A DNA stretch of 64,000 nt from an uncultured Hyphomicrobiales bacterium (GCA_943914405.1 CALUBX010000001.1:4298-68297), one strand, 5' to 3'. Counted from the stretch's first letter, positions 17,399 to 27,336 are shown. The notes: generated from the letters alone by a model not told the origin. Translations and numbers: made by a program.

Positions 17399-19840
17399 CT
17401 ATTCCATCACATAGCCGAGCGCCCGATAGCCGGTCCGTCGTTTGGCGGCCATTCTGGCGAGGACCGGGACCGAACTGTCGACATAATCGACCACCAGCAC
17501 GTCCTTCTTTTCGTCATGCCGCCGATGCAACCTGCCGACATATTGCGCCAGCGTGCCTTTCCAGGCGATCGGCATTGTCAGGAACAGGGTGTCGAGCCGG
17601 GCGTCATCGAAGCCCTCGCCGATATAACGCCCTGTCGCGAGGATCAGCCGTTCCTCATCATCATCGACATTCAGCGCCGCATGCGCGGCATTCCGGTCCT
17701 TTGCGGACATGCCGCCACGGAGTACGACGATGTTTTTCACAAATCGGGAGAGTCGTTGATGAAGATGCTCGAGGTGATCCTTCCGCTCGGTCAGTACGAT
17801 CGGTGAGCGTTTGACCTCAAGCGATTTCAACACGTCATTGAAGATCAGATCGTTTCGGGCCTCATCCTCCGCCAGAGCGGCATAGATTGCGGGGATGGAC
17901 GGGCGTTCGGCTATGGCGAGGGCCTCCGGCAATCTGAATCTCGTATGACGTTCCCGCGCCCGATGGTGAAGGCCGTTTTCTGCTGCCTGTGATTTGGCGC
18001 TTACCTGATGGCGTACCGGACCGCATTGCATGAAGATGATCGGGTGATGCCCGTCTTTCCGGGCGACCGTTGCCGACAATCCCGTAACATAGCGCGCCTT
18101 CGATCTGCGGGCGACAAGCTCAAAGCTTGCAGCGGACAGGTGATGGCACTCATCGACGACAAGATGGCCGTAATCGGCAACGATATCGTCAACTTCGCCC
18201 TTGCGAACCAGGCTCTGGATCAGCGCCACGTCGATCACACCGGTGGGTTTGCGCTTTCCCGCGCCAATGGTGCCGATCTGCTTCGGGTCAATCTGCAGAA
18301 AGGACTTGAGGCGCTCGATCCATTGGCTAAGGAGTTCGCGACGATGAACAAGAACCAGCGTATTGCTGGCACGACGCGCGATCAGCGCCGAGGCCACAAC
18401 CGTCTTGCCGAATGCGGTCGTGGCGGCAAGCACGCCGGTATCGTGTTCGGCCAATGCTTCGAACGCTCGCGATTGCTGTTGGCGAAGTTCGCCACGGAAG
18501 CAGACCGTCTCAGGCAAGCGGGTTCCGTCTTCACGCAAATCGTCCAGTTCGGCTCTCACACCGTGATCGGACAGGAACCCGACCACTTCGTCGAAGCTGC
18601 CGCGCGGCAGGGCGACGTGTCGGGGATGCAGTTCGGCACAGGACACAATGCGCGGCTTTCCGAATGTCGGCAGCCGCATCGCCTGCGCGCGATAGAATTC
18701 GGGGTTCTGGAACGCGGCCAGTCGCACCAGTTGGGCAACCATGGCCGAAGGCAACTCCGAGCGGTCGATATAGATCTGGTCGGCAATCGTTACCTTGATG
18801 GTCGGTGGAACGGGCACGTCGAGGCGTCGCGCCGTGCTGCGGCGTGACGGAGTCATCTTCCAGGGTTCGTCCGCCTGTTCGTCATCCACAGGCATGCGCA
18901 CGCCCAGTATCCGCCCGGAAAGCTCGGCGGCTTCGACGAGCTTGGTCACCGCTGCCGCAGACAATCTCGGCAAGGAGGACAAATAGGCCCACTGATCGTC
19001 ATACGGCCGCATGCCCGCGTCCACAAAGACGCTGTTGCCAGCCTTGCGCGCGGTGTTCTGGAGCGGCAGTGCGATCAGGTTGCCGAAGCCGCCGAGCGGC
19101 ATGATATCCTGATTTGGAAACAGCCGGTCATAGGAAGCAAAACCGATTTCCGGCCGCCGCTCCATCGTTTCGGTGATCAGAACTGATCCAAACTGGCGTG
19201 CCACACGGGCAGAGACCGGTTCGGAGAAGAAGATCCAGATATGACCGCCATTTCCAGATCTCGATCGTTCCAGCGCTGCGGGAACGCCCTTTGCCCGACA
19301 GGTTTCGAGCAGCGCATTCGCGTCATCCGCCCAGGATGCCTTGTCAAAATCCGCCGCCAGAAACCAGCATGTATCACCGGATAGTAGCGGATAGACGCCG
19401 GCTACAAAATCGCCACTTCGGCCATCGCCACCGCGCAGGTGTTTTTCCATGACACTTTCGTCCGGCGGGATGAACTTCTGATGGAGGCATTCACCGCATT
19501 TGACCTTCGGTTTGCCGCATATTCCTTTCACCCATTCGTTGGCACAAGCAGGCGAATACCCCGAGCGACCGGTCTTCCTGTTGTCCCATCGCAACGGGAA
19601 CACGTCAGGCCGACCGGCGAACAGGCTTCGGAACAGGTCAACCTTTTCGTGCGACGGCGAAGCATTCGTGACGGAGGCGTTCTCGAAGGAGGGCTGTTTC
19701 ACGGTTGGCGCGGGCTCTGCAGCAAGACGAGCCTCAAGTGCCGCCATCTCGCGCTGAAGCTCATGCCGTTCAGCATCCAGATCGGCCAGCCGCGCTCGAA
19801 CCCGCGTCAGGTTTTCCTCAATATCGTTCTTGTCGGTCAC
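17399..19840 (-). CDS. AEP-primase-like (TOTE-type) domain + SF2 DEAD/DEAH (ResIII-like) helicase fusion
   Basis: LFRSLFAGRPDVF, YSPACANEW, FLAADFD, ERSRSGNGGHIW and GNLIALPLQ; helicase motifs TTAFGKT, VDECHH, SAT and QYVGRLHR. GTG start at 19840 is inferred. Confidence 0.85.
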   Translation of the reverse strand: MTDKNDIEENLTRVRARLADLDAERHELQREMAALEARLAAEPAPTVKQPSFENASVTNASPSHEKVDLFRSLFAGRPDVFPLRWDNRKTGRSGYSPACANEWVKGICGKPKVKCGECLHQKFIPPDESVMEKHLRGGDGRSGDFVAGVYPLLSGDTCWFLAADFDKASWADDANALLETCRAKGVPAALERSRSGNGGHIWIFFSEPVSARVARQFGSVLITETMERRPEIGFASYDRLFPNQDIMPLGGFGNLIALPLQNTARKAGNSVFVDAGMRPYDDQWAYLSSLPRLSAAAVTKLVEAAELSGRILGVRMPVDDEQADEPWKMTPSRRSTARRLDVPVPPTIKVTIADQIYIDRSELPSAMVAQLVRLAAFQNPEFYRAQAMRLPTFGKPRIVSCAELHPRHVALPRGSFDEVVGFLSDHGVRAELDDLREDGTRLPETVCFRGELRQQQSRAFEALAEHDTGVLAATTAFGKTVVASALIARRASNTLVLVHRRELLSQWIERLKSFLQIDPKQIGTIGAGKRKPTGVIDVALIQSLVRKGEVDDIVADYGHLVVDECHHLSAASFELVARRSKARYVTGLSATVARKDGHHPIIFMQCGPVRHQVSAKSQAAENGLHHRARERHTRFRLPEALAIAERPSIPAIYAALAEDEARNDLIFNDVLKSLEVKRSPIVLTERKDHLEHLHQRLSRFVKNIVVLRGGMSAKDRNAAHAALNVDDDEERLILATGRYIGEGFDDARLDTLFLTMPIAWKGTLAQYVGRLHRRHDEKKDVLVVDYVDSSVPVLARMAAKRRTGYRALGYVME

Positions 19841-19917
19841 GCGTGATTTCCACCCAGTCTCTTCTGTCCCGCCCAGCATAATGCGCGGAAGAGGCCGGCG
19901 TAAGAAGGTCGGCATTA

Positions 19918-20065
19918 AGAGTTGGAGGGGGAGTTCGTTGGGGATGTCCTTCTGCGATTGAGAGCAGAGGCATCATGATTATCCAAAGCGGAAACCGAAA
20001 ATGAATCAGAAGAACAACAGATTGAAACCCCGAACTCAGCATAACGCCGACGCGGCATATTATGT
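19918..20065 (-). repeat. right inverted repeat (~148 bp)
   Basis: Inverted copy of 13960-14108. Confidence 0.95.
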
Positions 20066-20066
20066 G

Positions 20067-21839
20067 CTCGACTATCTCGCGCACAGCTTCCCGACGCAGC
20101 TCTACGAGCCTTACACCGACAGCGAGGGCAATCTGTCGTCGCGGCCGGTCTATCGCGACGGTCAGCCCGTCGAGAGCCGGGAAGCCGCTGCCCGCCGCGA
20201 CGAGTTGATCGAGCGGCTCGCCTCGCTCCCGCCCGTTCCCGGTGCCCTCGACCAGATCGTCCAGCGCTTCGGCACCGACATGGTGGCAGAGGTGACGGGA
20301 CGCTCCCGCCGGATCATCCGCAAGGGCGATCGCCTTGCCGTCGAAAACCGCGCCCCATCCGCCAACCTGGCGGAAACGGCCGCGTTCATGGACGACCAGA
20401 AGCGCATCCTGGTCTTCTCCGACGCTGGCGGTACCGGGCGCAGCTATCATGCCGAGCTGTCGGCGCGAAACCGGCGCCTGCGCGTCCACTATCTCCTCGA
20501 ACCGGGCTGGAAGGCGGATGCCGCCATTCAGGGGCTCGGCCGTACCAACCGGACGAACCAGGCGCAGCCGCCCTTGTTCCGTCCGATCGCGACCGATGTG
20601 AAGGCCGAGAAGCGTTTCCTCAGCACCATCGCCCGGCGTCTCGATACGCTCGGCGCGATCACGCGCGGGCAACGCCAGACCGGCGGCCAGGGCCTGTTCC
20701 GGCCAGAGGACAATCTGGAAAGCACCTACGCCCGCAACGCGCTGCGCCAGCTCTATCTCCTGCTGGTTCGCGGCAAGATCGAGGGCTGCTCGCTGGATCG
20801 CTTCGAGGCAGCCACCGGCCTGAAGCTAATGGACAGCAACGGCATCAAGGATGAGTTGCCGCCCATCACGACTTTCCTCAACCGCTTGCTCGCGCTCACC
20901 ATCGAGCTTCAGGGCATCCTGTTCACCGCCTTCGAGCAGTTGCTCGACGCCAAGGTGCAGGGTGCCATCGCCAGCGGCATCTATGACGTCGGGCTGGAAA
21001 CGCTGACGGCGGAGAGCTTCGTCGTCATCGACCGCAAGACGATCTACACCCATCCGGCGACGGGCGCGCAAACGCGGCTGCTCACCATCACCGAGCGGCG
21101 GCACAACCGGCCGATGACGCTGGCGGATGCTCTTGCCTATGCCGACGATGATCTCGGCAAGCTGTTGATCAACGCCAAGTCTGGTCGGGCTGCCGTGCAG
21201 GTTCCAGCGCCTTCGCTCATGCTGGATGACGGAGAGATCGAACGGCGCGTGCGGCTGATCCGGCCCATGGAGCACTATCACGCTTCGCTGAAGATGATGG
21301 CGGAAAGCCACTGGGAAGAAACCGATCGAGAAACCTTCGCGGCGGTCTGGAACCGGGAAATCTCCGAGGTTCCGACCCATTCCGACAGCACCATTCACGT
21401 CGTCGCCGGACTCCTCCTGCCGGTGTGGAAACGCCTGCCGAATGAATCGACGCGCGTTTACCGGCTTCAGACCGATGACGGCGAGCGCATCATCGGTCGT
21501 CGCGTCTCTCCGGCCTGGGCGGCGAACGCCACCGCGACCGGAACGACCAGCCTGTCCGCCGAGGACGCCCATGCGGCGCTGATGGAGGGGCGGACGATCC
21601 TTGATCTCACCGAGGGCCTCCAGCTTCGCCGCGCTCGTGTCATGGACGCCAACCGGATCGAGCTTTCCGGCTTCACCGAGGCCATGCGCGAGCGGCTGCG
21701 CGCCTATGGTCTCTTCACCGAGATCATCTCGTGGAAACTGCGCTTCTTCGTGCCAGTCGATGCCCCAGGCGTCGCCGTGCTCGCAAAGCTGCTCGGCACC
21801 TATCCGGTCGAGCGGATCGGCGAGCGGGAGGCGGCGTGA
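20067..21839 (+). pseudogene. strawberry-notch family methylase/helicase, C-terminal part
   Basis: LDYLAHSFP...AEVTGRS...FSDAGGTGRSYHA...QGLGRTNRTNQ helicase C-domain; in frame with the N-part after element removal. Confidence 0.9.
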
Positions 21840-22876
21840 TGGCCCGTCACGATGCTTCCGATCTGGCAATCCGTCTCGGCCGACAGGCCGAGGCGGTCTG
21901 CCGCGAATACCTGTCTTCCGGCCGTCGCTCCGGCAACTACTGGCTGGTCGGGGATGTCCAAAACACCCCCGGACGCTCGCTGTATGTCCGTCTCAAGGAC
22001 ACCGCCAAAGGCCCGGCAGGAAAGTGGACCGATGGCGCGACGGGACAGCACGGCGACCTCCTCGACGTCATCCGCGAGGCGCTCGGCCTTGTCGACTTCA
22101 GGGATGTGGCCGAGGAAGCACGCCGGTTCCTCAGTCTCCCGCATCTCGAACCGGAAAAGACGAGAACACCGACCGGCAAGACGTCAAGCATCGCCATTGG
22201 TTCACCTGAAGCGTCACGGCGCCTCTTCGCCATGTCGCAGCCGATCGGCGGCACCCTTGCGGAAATCTACCTTGGAGGCAGGGCGATCACGTCGCTCTTT
22301 GGCACCGCCGCGCTGCGTTACCACCCGCAGTGCTATTACAGGCCCGACGAGCATTCGCGCACCGAGATCTGGCCGGCGATCGTCGCTTCCGTCACCGATC
22401 TCGCCGGACGGCAGACCGGTGCGCACCGCACCTGGCTTTCCCCGGACGGTTCGGGCAAGGCGCCTGTTGAGACGCCGAGACGGGCGATGGGCGACCTTTT
22501 CGGGCACGGCGTCTGCTTCGGGGTGGCCGGTGAGGTGCTCGCCGCCGGAGAGGGAATCGAAACCGTGCTGTCGCCCCGCATGGTTCTGCCCCACATGCCG
22601 ATGATGGCGGCGCTCTCGGCCGCCCACCTCGCTGCCATCCTGTTCCCGTCGACGTTGCGCCGGCTCTATGTACTGCGTGATCGCGACCCGGCCGGCGACG
22701 GTGCCAGAGACAGCCTGATCACCAGAGCAGCGAGCGTCGGCATCGAGGCGATCCCGGTGTCGCCGATCGGCGGGGACTTTAACGACGATCTGCGCTGGCG
22801 CGGCGTCGACGCCCTCCGGGCGGCTCTGAAGGATCAGCTTCATCCCGAAGACGTCAGCCGGTTCATGGAGAGATGA
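21839..22876 (+). CDS. Toprim-domain primase-like protein
   Basis: GKWTDGATGQHGDLLD, GEGIET, DRDPAG and DFNDDL; TGATG overlap with the upstream gene. Confidence 0.85.
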   Translation: MARHDASDLAIRLGRQAEAVCREYLSSGRRSGNYWLVGDVQNTPGRSLYVRLKDTAKGPAGKWTDGATGQHGDLLDVIREALGLVDFRDVAEEARRFLSLPHLEPEKTRTPTGKTSSIAIGSPEASRRLFAMSQPIGGTLAEIYLGGRAITSLFGTAALRYHPQCYYRPDEHSRTEIWPAIVASVTDLAGRQTGAHRTWLSPDGSGKAPVETPRRAMGDLFGHGVCFGVAGEVLAAGEGIETVLSPRMVLPHMPMMAALSAAHLAAILFPSTLRRLYVLRDRDPAGDGARDSLITRAASVGIEAIPVSPIGGDFNDDLRWRGVDALRAALKDQLHPEDVSRFMER

Positions 22877-23205
22877 GACGACCGGTGGAGGATGAGGCGC
22901 GGCCCCAGGGCATCTTCGCCTGCCGCCTCCATTCATCACTGGAAGCATCCTTCCCGTGTCGGAGAGGCCGGCGCCCACGGCCTTCTGAGAGGGCGATCGG
23001 CTCACAAGCTGGCCCGCCGGGCAATGGCGGCGGCCGACTATTTTCCGCCGCGTCCTGCGGACGCTTTGCATCGCGAAGCAAAATAGCCGGCCTTTGCCAT
23101 CAAGGCCCTCGCGGGAGCGCGAGGGCTGCCAGGCCGTCCCGCCTGTGAGCTTCGACGCCTGCGAAGGCCGCGATGGGCGCGGTCTCCAGACAAAGGACGC
23201 TCCCG

Positions 23206-24141
23206 ATGATGAACGAAGACGAGAACGCAGGCTTCGAACCGGACCACACCTCATCCTCCACCGATCATCTCCTCACCGAACTCCAGCTCTACGGCTGGCG
23301 CCCGTTTCAGGACGAACCCGATCCAAGGCCGCTGCCGGAAGGCACCATGGTCGCCGCCGCAGTCGCAGACATCTTCGACGCCCTTCTCGCTACGCTCGGC
23401 GACACCCGCCTCGAACCCGACCTCGACGATCTGCTTTGGGGGGCTGTCAACCTCTTTCACCGTGCCGCCGGCCGGGTCGAGCGCGAGCTTGACGATAACG
23501 AGCAGGCACAGCGCCGCCTTCAGAGGGAACAGGATGGCAGCGAGGTCAAGAGCGTCGAACTCGAACGCCTCACGGCAGAGGGCCAGACCCTGATCGAGCG
23601 GCGCAACAGCTTGGAACTCTTCCGAGACCTCTCGGCGGAAGCTTTCGAGCACCACACCGGCACGCCTTGGCGGCCGCGCACCGGCTCGATGGTCAACCAT
23701 CGCTATCTGACCTCGGCGGTGATCGACAGCCGCGACTTCCTTGCCGCGAAACGCCGGGCTGAGAAGGAGTTGCTGCTGCCCGCCGGCCCCAGGGTTGCTC
23801 TGACCGGCGGCGCCGACTTCAATGACCATCGGCTGATCTGGGGGCGGCTCGATCAGGTCCATGCCAAGCACCCCGACATGGTGCTGTTGCACGGCGGCAC
23901 GCCGAAGGGTGCCGAACTGATCGCCTCCCGCTGGGCCGACCACCGCAAGGTGCCGCAGATCGCCTTCAAACCCGACTGGACGAAGCATGGCAAGGCCGCG
24001 CCCTTCAAGCGAAACGACGCCTTGCTCGACACCCTGCCGGTCGGTGTCCTCGTCTTCCCCGGTACGGGGATTCAGGACAATCTCGCCGACAAGGCGAAGA
24101 AGCTTGGCATCCCGGTCATGAAGTTCGACGGCGGCGCGTAA
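23206..24141 (+). CDS. DUF2493 (SLOG/YspA-like) domain protein
   Basis: VALTGG, LLHGGTPKGAE, AAPFKRND and FPGTGI. Confidence 0.85.
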   Translation: MMNEDENAGFEPDHTSSSTDHLLTELQLYGWRPFQDEPDPRPLPEGTMVAAAVADIFDALLATLGDTRLEPDLDDLLWGAVNLFHRAAGRVERELDDNEQAQRRLQREQDGSEVKSVELERLTAEGQTLIERRNSLELFRDLSAEAFEHHTGTPWRPRTGSMVNHRYLTSAVIDSRDFLAAKRRAEKELLLPAGPRVALTGGADFNDHRLIWGRLDQVHAKHPDMVLLHGGTPKGAELIASRWADHRKVPQIAFKPDWTKHGKAAPFKRNDALLDTLPVGVLVFPGTGIQDNLADKAKKLGIPVMKFDGGA

Positions 24142-24304
24142 AGCGCCGCCGCTCGGCGGCTGTTTCAATCGCCTTTACTTGACGTAAGTCCGTATTCGGG
24201 TTCAAATGAAACATCTTAGCAGCAACGGTGAATTGGCATAGTCGCAGGCGGAGCGTATTTCCCGGCAGCCTGTCTTGGTTCTCAACCGTTATGCGGAGGC
24301 TGCC

Positions 24305-24721
24305 ATGACGCTGATTCTGCTTGCCATCTCCCTGACGATCACGCTCTGCGTCATCGCCTACAATTTCGCAATCTACGCTTTGCCCTTCATGGTCGGGCTG
24401 ACCGCCTTCCAATATGTCTATGGAATGGAAGCCGGCTTCCTGATGTCGGGCTTCGCCGCCATCGGCACGGCGGTGCTTTCTGTGGCGCTGGTCATTGCCG
24501 TCGTGGGCTTTGCCAAGAACCCGGCTTTGCGCCTGACCGCGCTCGCCATATTCGCAATCCCGGCAACCATCGCTGGCTATGCGCTCGTTCACGGTGTCAC
24601 GAAGAATTTTATCGATTCGACGATCGCCTTGAACCTGCTCGGTGGCGCCGGTGGCCTGTTCATCGGCATCGCGGCGATGCTCGATCTCAACGCGCTCGGC
24701 ACGGCAGTTCTCTCACGCTGA
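24305..24721 (+). CDS. membrane protein
   Basis: 138-aa highly hydrophobic ORF; GGAGG RBS. Confidence 0.7.
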   Translation: MTLILLAISLTITLCVIAYNFAIYALPFMVGLTAFQYVYGMEAGFLMSGFAAIGTAVLSVALVIAVVGFAKNPALRLTALAIFAIPATIAGYALVHGVTKNFIDSTIALNLLGGAGGLFIGIAAMLDLNALGTAVLSR

Positions 24722-25413
24722 TGCGGCCTCGACCTACCGCTCCATGGAAAACCTGTGGTGGCTTAGGCCATCGTGCCTTCGGCTCCGCTTAGAGCGGGAC
24801 GATTGAGTCAGCGCCGTGGTGGCCGTCATCTTCGGTCTGCTTGGCCCGGCTCTGGAAGCCGATCATCGGATGGTGATCCCATGCGCTGAATTGTGGTCAC
24901 CTCCGTTGCGGTTGGTCCGCTTCGTATAGCGAGGCAGCCGTGAGCACCTTCATATTGCCGTCTCGCAATGCTGCTGGGCGTACCTTCAGACGCCGAGGCG
25001 GGAACAGTGCCAAGTACCTGCGGCCCGATAGCCGTCCTTGTCCCGATCTGCCTTCCGGCGGACGGAGCGCGGTGGCCGGTGAAGGGTTCCTTCGGATATG
25101 CTTGGCGTGTGAGGGTTTCGGCACAGAGCCTGTCAGGGTGCTATTGCCAGCAAGGACGATGGTTCTGCTGCGCATCCCCGTTTGTGCTCTCAAAGGCACC
25201 AATCCCTCCGACTGACTGATCCCCTAAGACCGTTCGGTTTCTGACCGCAACCCGCGCGGCTCCGGACCGAGTTGGCGCAAGCGCCTGCCCGCCCCACTCC
25301 GGGCCTTACGGGTCAAGCTGCCGCTTAAAAGCGTCAGTGCAGGCATCTCCCGACGGCCTTGGCCGGGTCTCGTCGGAGGGATGGTCCCTCCGAGGAGCAA
25401 CGGAGATACGAAA

Positions 25414-25815
25414 ATGCAGAACATCGTCATTCTTGCCGGCAACATCGGCCAGGCCCCCGAAACCCGCAACACTCATGGCGGCACCAGCATCACCCACTTC
25501 ACCTTGGCAACATCACGCCCCCGCTATTCGGAAGGCAAGGTGGTCCGGGACAAGGACGGCTACCGGGTCCAGGACACCGAATGGCACCGTATCACCGCCT
25601 TCAACGGCCTCGGCAAGACGATCCAGCAGCATTGCGAGAAGGGCATGAAGGTTCTGGTTCGCGGCCGCATCCACTATACGAAATGGACCGATCGCGACGG
25701 CGTCGATCGCTACAGCACGGAGATCATCGCCGAGACGGTGGACTTCCTGAGCCGAGCGAGGCAGACCGAAAACGAGGACGGTCAGTTCATCGACGACAGC
25801 GACATCCCGTTCTGA
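25414..25815 (+). CDS. ssb: single-stranded DNA-binding protein
   Basis: MQNIVILAGNIG, TEWHRI and an acidic DDSDIPF C-terminus. Confidence 0.95.
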   Translation: MQNIVILAGNIGQAPETRNTHGGTSITHFTLATSRPRYSEGKVVRDKDGYRVQDTEWHRITAFNGLGKTIQQHCEKGMKVLVRGRIHYTKWTDRDGVDRYSTEIIAETVDFLSRARQTENEDGQFIDDSDIPF

Positions 25816-25829
25816 GCGGTGGCCAGAGG

Positions 25830-25855
25830 CCCGGCGGCGCAAGCCGCCGGGTTTT
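25830..25855 (+). terminator. rho-independent terminator after ssb
   Basis: CCCGGCGGC-GCAA-GCCGCCGGG-TTTT. Confidence 0.75.
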
Positions 25856-26278
25856 CCCATGTTCGCATCATATCGTGATCGCTGTTTGCTTGCCCTGGTG
25901 TGGCCGAGCCGAGGCCTCCATCCGGCTCGGGCGAACGGGAACAGCTTGATCCGGCCCAGTCATATTCGGCGGCGGGCATCACGCAACCGTCGCCAATGGC
26001 GCAAGGATAATCGAGACCATCAGGGTGGCGCCGTCGGCAGGCTCGAACATCCGGCAATGCAGGGATTTCCGGCTCACGTCAGCGCGCACTGCCCCGCTCT
26101 TTGAGACGCAACCTTGGTTTCAATCCCGGCCTTCCACGATCAACCCATGAAGGGTCGGACTATGCGAAGCATGCCGCCGCGCGAGGCTTCGCCTCGGCGG
26201 TGATCGCGGCCGGGACCAAAACACATCGGGCGCCTGTCGAGCGGGGAATGGTCTCCGCCTCCAAACAGGAGCCGGAAA

Positions 26279-26443
26279 ATGTCCCTTGCAGATGCCCACG
26301 CCTTCGCCTTCAGCCTCGCCGCCACCCTGATGGTCACGATCGTTGTCTTCCGCGCCGGCGACGGCACGCTCAGCGTGATGCCCGCCGCCGAATACGACGG
26401 AGAAGACGATACCATCATCAAGGAGATAGACCCGTTCGCTTGA
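26279..26443 (+). CDS. 54-aa small protein (absent from the ORF track)
   Basis: AGGAG RBS; MSLADAHAFAFSLAATLMVTIVVFRAGDGTLSVMPAAEYDGEDDTIIKEIDPFA*. Confidence 0.65.
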   Translation: MSLADAHAFAFSLAATLMVTIVVFRAGDGTLSVMPAAEYDGEDDTIIKEIDPFA

Positions 26444-26595
26444 ACCGGGCGGCGTTTACCGAAACCGAATCAGTTCGCGGCCGTACGCCGGATTCGCTGA
26501 ATCAAATAGGGTTTTTGCTGGAGTTTCACAGCAAGAACGACTAAAATAGTCGTAGTTTTGGAATGTGCGTAGGTCCATGTGGGAGGTGATCATGC

Positions 26596-26832
26596 ATGAT
26601 CACCGCCCGACAATCTCGGGCCGCGCGCGCGTTGCTTGGTTGGACGCAGGAGACGCTCGCCGACAAGGCCCGTGTATCATTGACCGCCCTCAAACGCCTC
26701 GAATCCGAAAGCGGCTTCGAGGTATACGAGACCACGCGCGATCAGGTTCGTCGGTCTTTCGAAGACAATGGCATCGTCTTCCTCAATTCCGATCGTGGTG
26801 TGGGAGTTATGCTTGTTCGCGAGATGCTCTAA
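26596..26832 (+). CDS. XRE-family HTH regulator
   Basis: MITARQSRAARALLGWTQETLA...LKRLE; GGAGG RBS. Confidence 0.85.
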   Translation: MITARQSRAARALLGWTQETLADKARVSLTALKRLESESGFEVYETTRDQVRRSFEDNGIVFLNSDRGVGVMLVREML

Positions 26833-26945
26833 TCCTGTCCCGACTGTATGGAGGCGCCGTATTCGCGGCTTCCACCTCTGTTTTGCCATCACAAATCCGT
26901 TAACAAGCACCAATACCTTGGATAGGATTCAGTAGTGGGGATCGT

Positions 26946-27209
26946 GTGACCAAAAACTTGCTCATGGACCATCCGCCGGCTGACGCGGAGCTCACCGCCT
27001 ACGACCGGGCGCATCTAAAGCTGTATCTGCGTCTTCTCGATGCGGATGCCGATGGCGCGGATTGGCAGGAGGTTGCCGAGTTGGTCTTGCGCCTCGATCC
27101 CAGGAAAGACGCAGAACGCGCTCATCAAATCTACGCCTCGCATCTGGCTCGGGCGAAGTGGATGGTCGAGCAGGGCTATTCCGGCCTGATACGCGCCGCC
27201 CTTCACTGA
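26946..27209 (+). CDS. qseM: QseM-like antiactivator (stand-alone DUF2285)
   Basis: LTAYD...YLRLLDA...LVLRLDP...SHLARAKWM...GY recalls Mesorhizobium QseM. Confidence 0.75.
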   Translation: MTKNLLMDHPPADAELTAYDRAHLKLYLRLLDADADGADWQEVAELVLRLDPRKDAERAHQIYASHLARAKWMVEQGYSGLIRAALH

Positions 27210-27336
27210 CCTTCGATCCAGGTGGTGCAGAACCCGCATCACGTTACGCTACCTTCGTTGTTCCCAAAACAAAAGCAACTTGAGATCGTAACCCTTGCAT
27301 TGCCCACAGTCGTAAAGCGTATGTGGAGGTCAGGGG

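Larger units (their letters stand above)
13939..20066. mobile_element. RIT (Recombinase-In-Trio) element with helicase cargo, 6128 bp
   Basis: Three overlapping tyrosine recombinase genes, long terminal IRs, and TATGTG at both junctions (13933-13938, 20061-20066). Removing it restores ...TPREYV|LDYLAHSFP in frame. Confidence 0.9.

Noticed and set aside
19841..19915. N-terminal extension of the helicase ORF
   Set aside because: It overlaps putative recombinase-binding motifs; protein-like sequence begins at GTG 19840.
24745..24758. 14-bp match TGGAAAACCTGTGG to the repA origin region (29366-29379)
   Set aside because: Several 14-mer repeats are expected by chance in 64 kb, and no iterons are nearby.
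24722..25300. Short ORFs on both strands between the membrane protein gene and ssb
   Set aside because: No recognisable motifs or convincing RBS; left unannotated.
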